A stretch of DNA of 64,000 bases from Octopus vulgaris (taxonomy: Eukaryota): positions 114,142,001 to 114,206,000 of the forward strand of contig OX597814.1 in NCBI GenBank assembly GCA_951406725.2, given 5' to 3'. A program made the translations under genes and the position numbers. Numbering within the stretch: the first letter of the stretch is position 1; every line of letters starts with the position of its first letter. Shown here in pieces: positions 63,201-64,000 of this stretch. Under the pieces are notes generated by a model. The model saw only the letters and a list, made by a program, of their open reading frames with translations, was not told the origin of the DNA and searched no databases.

Positions 63201-63526
63201 TTATGATAAAATGCAATATTCAGTGTTCTAACATGACATACACATTGTTGGGTATAAAGATTGCTTTCTGATATTAATACTGCTTCTGTTGCTATACATA
63301 AGCTGTCATATACACACACACACATTAATTAGTGTATAAAACCAGAATCGTTCTTTCTGTAAACAAATAATTATTTAAAAAATCTATTTCTAAAACCAAG
63401 CAAGGAAAATCTCACCTCTGAAAGATCAGTAAAGACACACAGACAAGCATTCATCAGGTCAGGAGGTGAAATGGAGACACACGTACCGCAGTATAGAACC
63501 TGGCTGAACAGAAGTGCTATGGCTGC
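771..63526 (-). CDS. STK36: STK36/Fused serine-threonine kinase, spliced 3' part (13 exons, ~535 aa ARM/HEAT-repeat C-terminal region); 5' exons lie outside the window
   Basis: All 13 exons have GT-AG boundaries and matching phases (1608 nt including stop). The translation contains motifs recalled from human STK36: [54 protein letters not shown]. Identification is from memory, not a database search. Confidence 0.92.
1222..1557 (+). mobile_element. tRNA-derived SINE (family C, CORE-like centre)
   Basis: A box TGGCTCAGTGG, B-box-like TCGAATCC, CTTGAGCAAGGCACTT core, 11-bp TSD TTGTCAGTGAA (1211-1221 / 1558-1568). Other copies: 40143-40470, split copy 9936-10029 + 25448-25705, partial 4320-4450 and 27523-27660. 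Confidence 0.85.
2343..2710 (-). mobile_element. Meta-domain-like SINE (family B), tandem copies
   Basis: Contains GCCTTTCATCCTTTCGGGGTCGATAAATTAAGTACC-like core. Further copies at ~8495-8892, 11925-12380, 13515-13730, 19770-20000, 44780-44980, 52260-52465, 52596-52990, 56392-56806. Confidence 0.8.
5113..6555. mobile_element. piggyBac-type MITE (second family) containing nested RTE 3' fragments
   Basis: TTAACCCGTTGGCATTT ... AAATGCTAATGGGTTAA ends; RTE pieces at ~5266-6105 ([12 protein letters not shown] motif) and ~6185-6490. Confidence 0.7.
7625..8041 (+). mobile_element. tRNA-derived SINE (family A) with internal (TA)/(TG) tract and GTAAAAGA tail
   Basis: TGGCTGTGTAGTAAG A box, GGTTCAGTCCC B box, CTTGGGCAAGTG CORE-like motif. 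Copies at ~8053-8470, 16466-16915(-), 18085-18467(-), 26725-27095(-), 45690-46150, 48748-49122, 54373-54811(-), 61287-61680(-), 63895-64000(-). Confidence 0.85.
9592..9688 (-). CDS. STK36: STK36 exon (N)[32 protein letters not shown]
   Basis: 97 nt, phase 2 to 0, ttccag acceptor, GTGCAG donor; resembles human LLEMACGD...AALIALRSL. Confidence 0.9.
9721..10552. mobile_element. Composite insertion of the tRNA-headed hammerhead element: minus tail, captured MITE+SINE piece, minus copy, plus copy
   Basis: 10-bp direct repeat TGGTAGATAT at 9711-9720 and 10553-10562; element segments at 9722-9831(-), 10030-10197(-), 10198-10550(+). Confidence 0.75.
11531..11603 (-). CDS. STK36: STK36 exon (S)[23 protein letters not shown]
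   Basis: 73 nt, phase 1 to 2, GTAAGT donor. Confidence 0.9.
14148..14586. mobile_element. Foldback MITE with ~185-bp inverted arms
   Basis: 14148-14333 is the near-perfect reverse complement of 14402-14586 (TTACCTTTTGACCGACAGATTT ... AAATCTGTCAGTCAAAAGGTAA). Confidence 0.85.
15100..15229 (-). CDS. STK36: STK36 exon [43 protein letters not shown]
   Basis: 130 nt, phase 0 to 1, GTAAGT donor; resembles human SASFAVGNAAY...TQLLGDP. Confidence 0.93.
19103..19163 (-). CDS. STK36: STK36 exon (R)[20 protein letters not shown]
   Basis: 61 nt, phase 2 to 0, tttcag acceptor, GTGAGT donor; HEAT-type DxDxxVR. Confidence 0.92.
20460..20885 (-). mobile_element. CR1/L2-type LINE ORF2 C-terminal remnant
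   Basis: Minus-strand translation [14 protein letters not shown]...[14 protein letters not shown]...LHSLQR...GPALFNIIP, with stops. Confidence 0.75.
21590..21840. repeat. ~29-bp tandem minisatellite expanded inside an RTE 3' tail
   Basis: About 9 units of GGCATGG(A/G)TTGGAC(G/A)GTTTGAC(C/T)GGGC(A/T). Confidence 0.85.
24170..24543. mobile_element. Non-autonomous Helentron/Helitron-like element
   Basis: Terminal hairpin CCTCCACCTT-CGCT-AAGGCAGAGG-TAATAA, related subterminal motif AACCTCCACCAAGG near the other end, ACAGACAAAC motif. Confidence 0.55.
24592..24715 (-). CDS. STK36: STK36 exon (G)[40 protein letters not shown]
   Basis: 124 nt, phase 1 to 2, GTAAGT donor. Confidence 0.9.
24931..25242. 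mobile_element. hAT (Charlie-like) MITE
   Basis: TIR CAGTGGTTCTCAA / TTGAGAACCACTG, 8-bp TSD GTTTAGAT / GTTTAAAT. Related copies at ~36057-36755, 37591-40145 (nested) and 49286-49441. Confidence 0.85.
25354..25399 (+). ncRNA. Minimal type I hammerhead ribozyme within the tRNA-headed element (element 25278-25447)
   Basis: Stem I GATAC/GTGTT, CTGATGA at 25359-65, stem II GGCTG/CAGCC, then GAAA-CG-TC; predicted GUC cleavage after 25394. Has an extra A before stem II and no stem III loop. Confidence 0.7.
26346..26490 (-). CDS. STK36: STK36 exon [10 protein letters not shown]...[29 protein letters not shown]
   Basis: 145 nt, phase 0 to 1, ttttcag acceptor, GTAAGT donor; resembles human SDLLSLLAHTAR. 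Confidence 0.92.
28596..29280 (+). mobile_element. Three head-to-tail Meta-like SINE copies separated by (ATT)n
   Basis: Three ~225-bp units, each AAGG(C/T)G..AGCTGGCAGAA ... GAGTAGAAA. Confidence 0.85.
29600..30140. repeat. Complex (TG)/(TGAG)/(TGCA) microsatellite followed by a GA-rich tract
   Basis: Direct reading; source of the His/Thr-rich spurious ORFs. Confidence 0.9.
33554..33598 (+). ncRNA. Minimal type I hammerhead ribozyme, second family, partly decayed
   Basis: Stem I TGAAC/GTTCA, CTGAAGA, stem II GCAT/ATGC with mismatched base, GAAA-GTAC-TA (palindromic loop III). Confidence 0.65.
35429..35591 (-). CDS. STK36: STK36 exon (S)[12 protein letters not shown]...[30 protein letters not shown]
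   Basis: 163 nt, phase 2 to 0, long pyrimidine tract, GTAATC donor. Confidence 0.92.
37785..38995 (-). mobile_element. 5'-truncated RTE-clade LINE, longest copy in the window; its 3' UTR ending in (GAT)n is the most abundant repeat here
   Basis: Degenerate ORF2 SETWAV...[12 protein letters not shown]...[12 protein letters not shown], 3' UTR with GGTTGGCATTAGGAAGGGCATCCAGC and (GAT)n tail. Many 3' fragments in both orientations, e.g. 12790-13497, 18470-19013, 34540-35355, 44025-44625, 62065-62435. Confidence 0.85.
39256..39323 (-). ncRNA. Minimal type I hammerhead ribozyme, third family, between ~85-bp inverted repeats
   Basis: Minus strand reads GCTGCA-CTGAAGA-GG...AAGTAAGTAA/TTACTTTACTT...CCT-GAAA-CGCG-TA-TGTAGC; 6-bp stem I with one G-U pair. 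Confidence 0.72.
39490..39994 (+). mobile_element. Non-autonomous Helitron-like element
   Basis: 5' (GTCT)n tract, 3' hairpin CCCGGGCAATGCCGGG followed by CTAG-T; sits in (TA)n. Confidence 0.7.
40480..40970 (-). mobile_element. Old LINE RT remnant
   Basis: Minus-strand [12 protein letters not shown] motif followed by degenerate ORF2. Confidence 0.55.
42660..43690. repeat. Degenerate ~43-bp tandem minisatellite interrupted by an RTE fragment (~42985-43380)
   Basis: Recurring CTCTATAATCTCTGCTATACAGAGATCAAGAAC..TGATTGTC units. Confidence 0.7.
45405..45518 (-). CDS. STK36: STK36 exon (S)[37 protein letters not shown]
   Basis: 114 nt, phase 2 to 2, GTTGGT donor; resembles human QLLCFPFALDMD. 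Confidence 0.9.
46312..46415 (-). CDS. STK36: STK36 exon [34 protein letters not shown]
   Basis: 104 nt, phase 0 to 2, ttcttacag acceptor, GTATCT donor. Confidence 0.88.
47240..47535 (-). mobile_element. tRNA-derived SINE (family F, V-domain-like)
   Basis: TGGCCTAGTGG and GTTCGAATC boxes, GATGGACCGGCATCATGTTCAGG V-like motif, 15-bp TSD CTACT(AC/GT)AAGACAAT. Partial copy ~11270-11424 with TSD CCACATGAGCTTCTT. Confidence 0.75.
47657..47881 (-). CDS. STK36: STK36 exon [21 protein letters not shown]...[24 protein letters not shown]
   Basis: 225 nt, phase 0 to 0, GTAAGG donor; resembles human WTVLWHR and PDWTLISPQG. Confidence 0.93.
48006..49226 (+). mobile_element. Internally deleted mariner transposon interrupted by a family A SINE
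   Basis: TIR GTCTGATCAATAAGTATCTGGACTGTTGCCATAGTAAC with matching inverted copy, TA flanks; transposase fragments [12 protein letters not shown]...RPVTS and [28 protein letters not shown] (WVPxxL-type motif). Confidence 0.88.
49568..49780 (+). mobile_element. Short mariner derivative
   Basis: TIR GGGGTGCTGAAAAGATCCTGGCTTT / AAAGCCAGGAACTTGTCAGCACTCC; encodes the mariner C-terminus [21 protein letters not shown]. Confidence 0.75.
52991..54085 (+). mobile_element. RTE LINE with large internal deletion
   Basis: RT motif [33 protein letters not shown] joined almost directly to C-terminal [14 protein letters not shown]...DRDLW; full 3' UTR and (GAT)n tail. Confidence 0.85.
54824..54928 (-). pseudogene. 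5S rRNA-derived sequence, 5'-truncated
   Basis: Minus strand CACGTTGAAAGCACTGGTTCTCGTTCGATCACCGATGTTAAGCAACGTCGAG...TTAGTACTTAGATGGGTGACCGCTTGGGAA...GGTGCTGTAAG matches invertebrate 5S rRNA as recalled, lacking roughly the first 14 nt; no oligo-T terminator. Confidence 0.88.
56100..57105 (+). mobile_element. Tc1/mariner (maT/DD37D-like) transposase remnant split by Meta-like SINEs
   Basis: [35 protein letters not shown]...GRPYVWQ, resuming after 56806 with a degenerate WPPNSPDxNPL-type motif. Confidence 0.7.
57310..57945 (+). mobile_element. 3' end of a restriction-like-endonuclease non-LTR retrotransposon (R4/Dong/NeSL-type)
   Basis: [28 protein letters not shown]...KE...L...IPVIIGALG fits the PD-(D/E)xK RLE domain; flanked by (TACA)n tracts. 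Confidence 0.75.
58640..58714 (-). CDS. STK36: STK36 exon [25 protein letters not shown]
   Basis: 75 nt, phase 0 to 0, GTTAGT donor; resembles human GFYDGLLILLLQLL. Confidence 0.9.
59049..59891. repeat. ~240-bp direct duplication flanking an RTE 3' fragment
   Basis: 59049-59287 is closely similar to 59643-59891; the RTE fragment occupies ~59288-59642. Confidence 0.9.
61851..62017. repeat. ~165-bp imperfect palindrome (hairpin MITE)
   Basis: TGGATCAAA...TTCAAATTCGTTGGTACT...TAATCTTCAGCCATTTTGAAT pairs with ATTCAAAGTGGCTGAAGATTA...AGTACCAATGAATTTGAA...TTTGATCCA. Confidence 0.8.
63416..63526 (-). CDS. STK36: STK36 exon [37 protein letters not shown]
   Basis: 111 nt, phase 0 to 0, ttcttccag acceptor, GTGAGA donor; in frame with the next exon. 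Confidence 0.85.
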
Positions 63527-64000
63527 CTGGAAGAAATCAAAACAGTATTTCAAAATATTTCTGACAAGAAATATTGTATATTAGCACCAATGTTTTATTG
63601 GTTATATTATTTACAAATGTGAAAGCAACAGAAAATGTGTAAGTATGTTCAAGAAATAGTAAATTGAATTACAAATAAATCAATTAAATGTTTTCTAGTA
63701 AGAAAACCAAATGAAGAATAAAGTTCTTGATAAAAAGTTACCAAATCTTTAAAATTTGTGTTTTTATGTATTCCAATGTATGTGTTTTGTCTCGTTCTTT
63801 TTCTGCATGAGATCAATGGCAAAAATATCAAGATGAAAAAAGAAAAATAGAAATCATTAACTCTTTACATTTATATAATGTTTACATCATATATTTTAAT
63901 TGTTTCAGTCATTAGACTGTGGCCATGCTGGGGCACCACCTTTAGTCAAGCAAATTGACCCCAGGACTTATTCTTTGTAAGCCTAGTACTTATTCTATTG

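Noticed and set aside
1044-63831. Most ORFs in the supplied track ([37 protein letters not shown] types)
   Set aside because: They are translations of SINEs, RTE 3' UTRs and microsatellites recurring in many degenerate copies; not genes

Overview
AT-rich, microsatellite- and repeat-dense eukaryotic DNA. The repeat families suggest a cephalopod, most likely Octopus (inference). The window holds the 3' part of one minus-strand gene, an STK36/Fused orthologue. I rebuilt 13 GT-AG exons by hand; they splice in phase into about 535 aa of the C-terminal ARM/HEAT region, with the stop at 771-773. The kinase domain is upstream, outside the window. The introns carry tRNA-derived SINEs (CORE-like, Meta-like, V-like), 5'-truncated RTE LINEs, CR1-like and RLE-LINE fragments, Tc1/mariner remnants, and hAT, piggyBac and Helitron-type non-autonomous elements. 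Main observations: (1) a short tRNA-headed element carrying a minimal type I hammerhead ribozyme, in several copies and Penelope-like inverted arrangements; (2) evidence that one such insertion carried flanking DNA whose other half lies 15 kb away in the same gene; (3) two further, unrelated minimal hammerheads; (4) a 5S rRNA fragment apparently co-inserted with a tRNA-SINE; (5) a ~240-bp duplication flanking an RTE insertion. Almost all ORFs in the supplied track are repeat or microsatellite artefacts. Repeat boundaries are approximate; exon boundaries were counted base by base.
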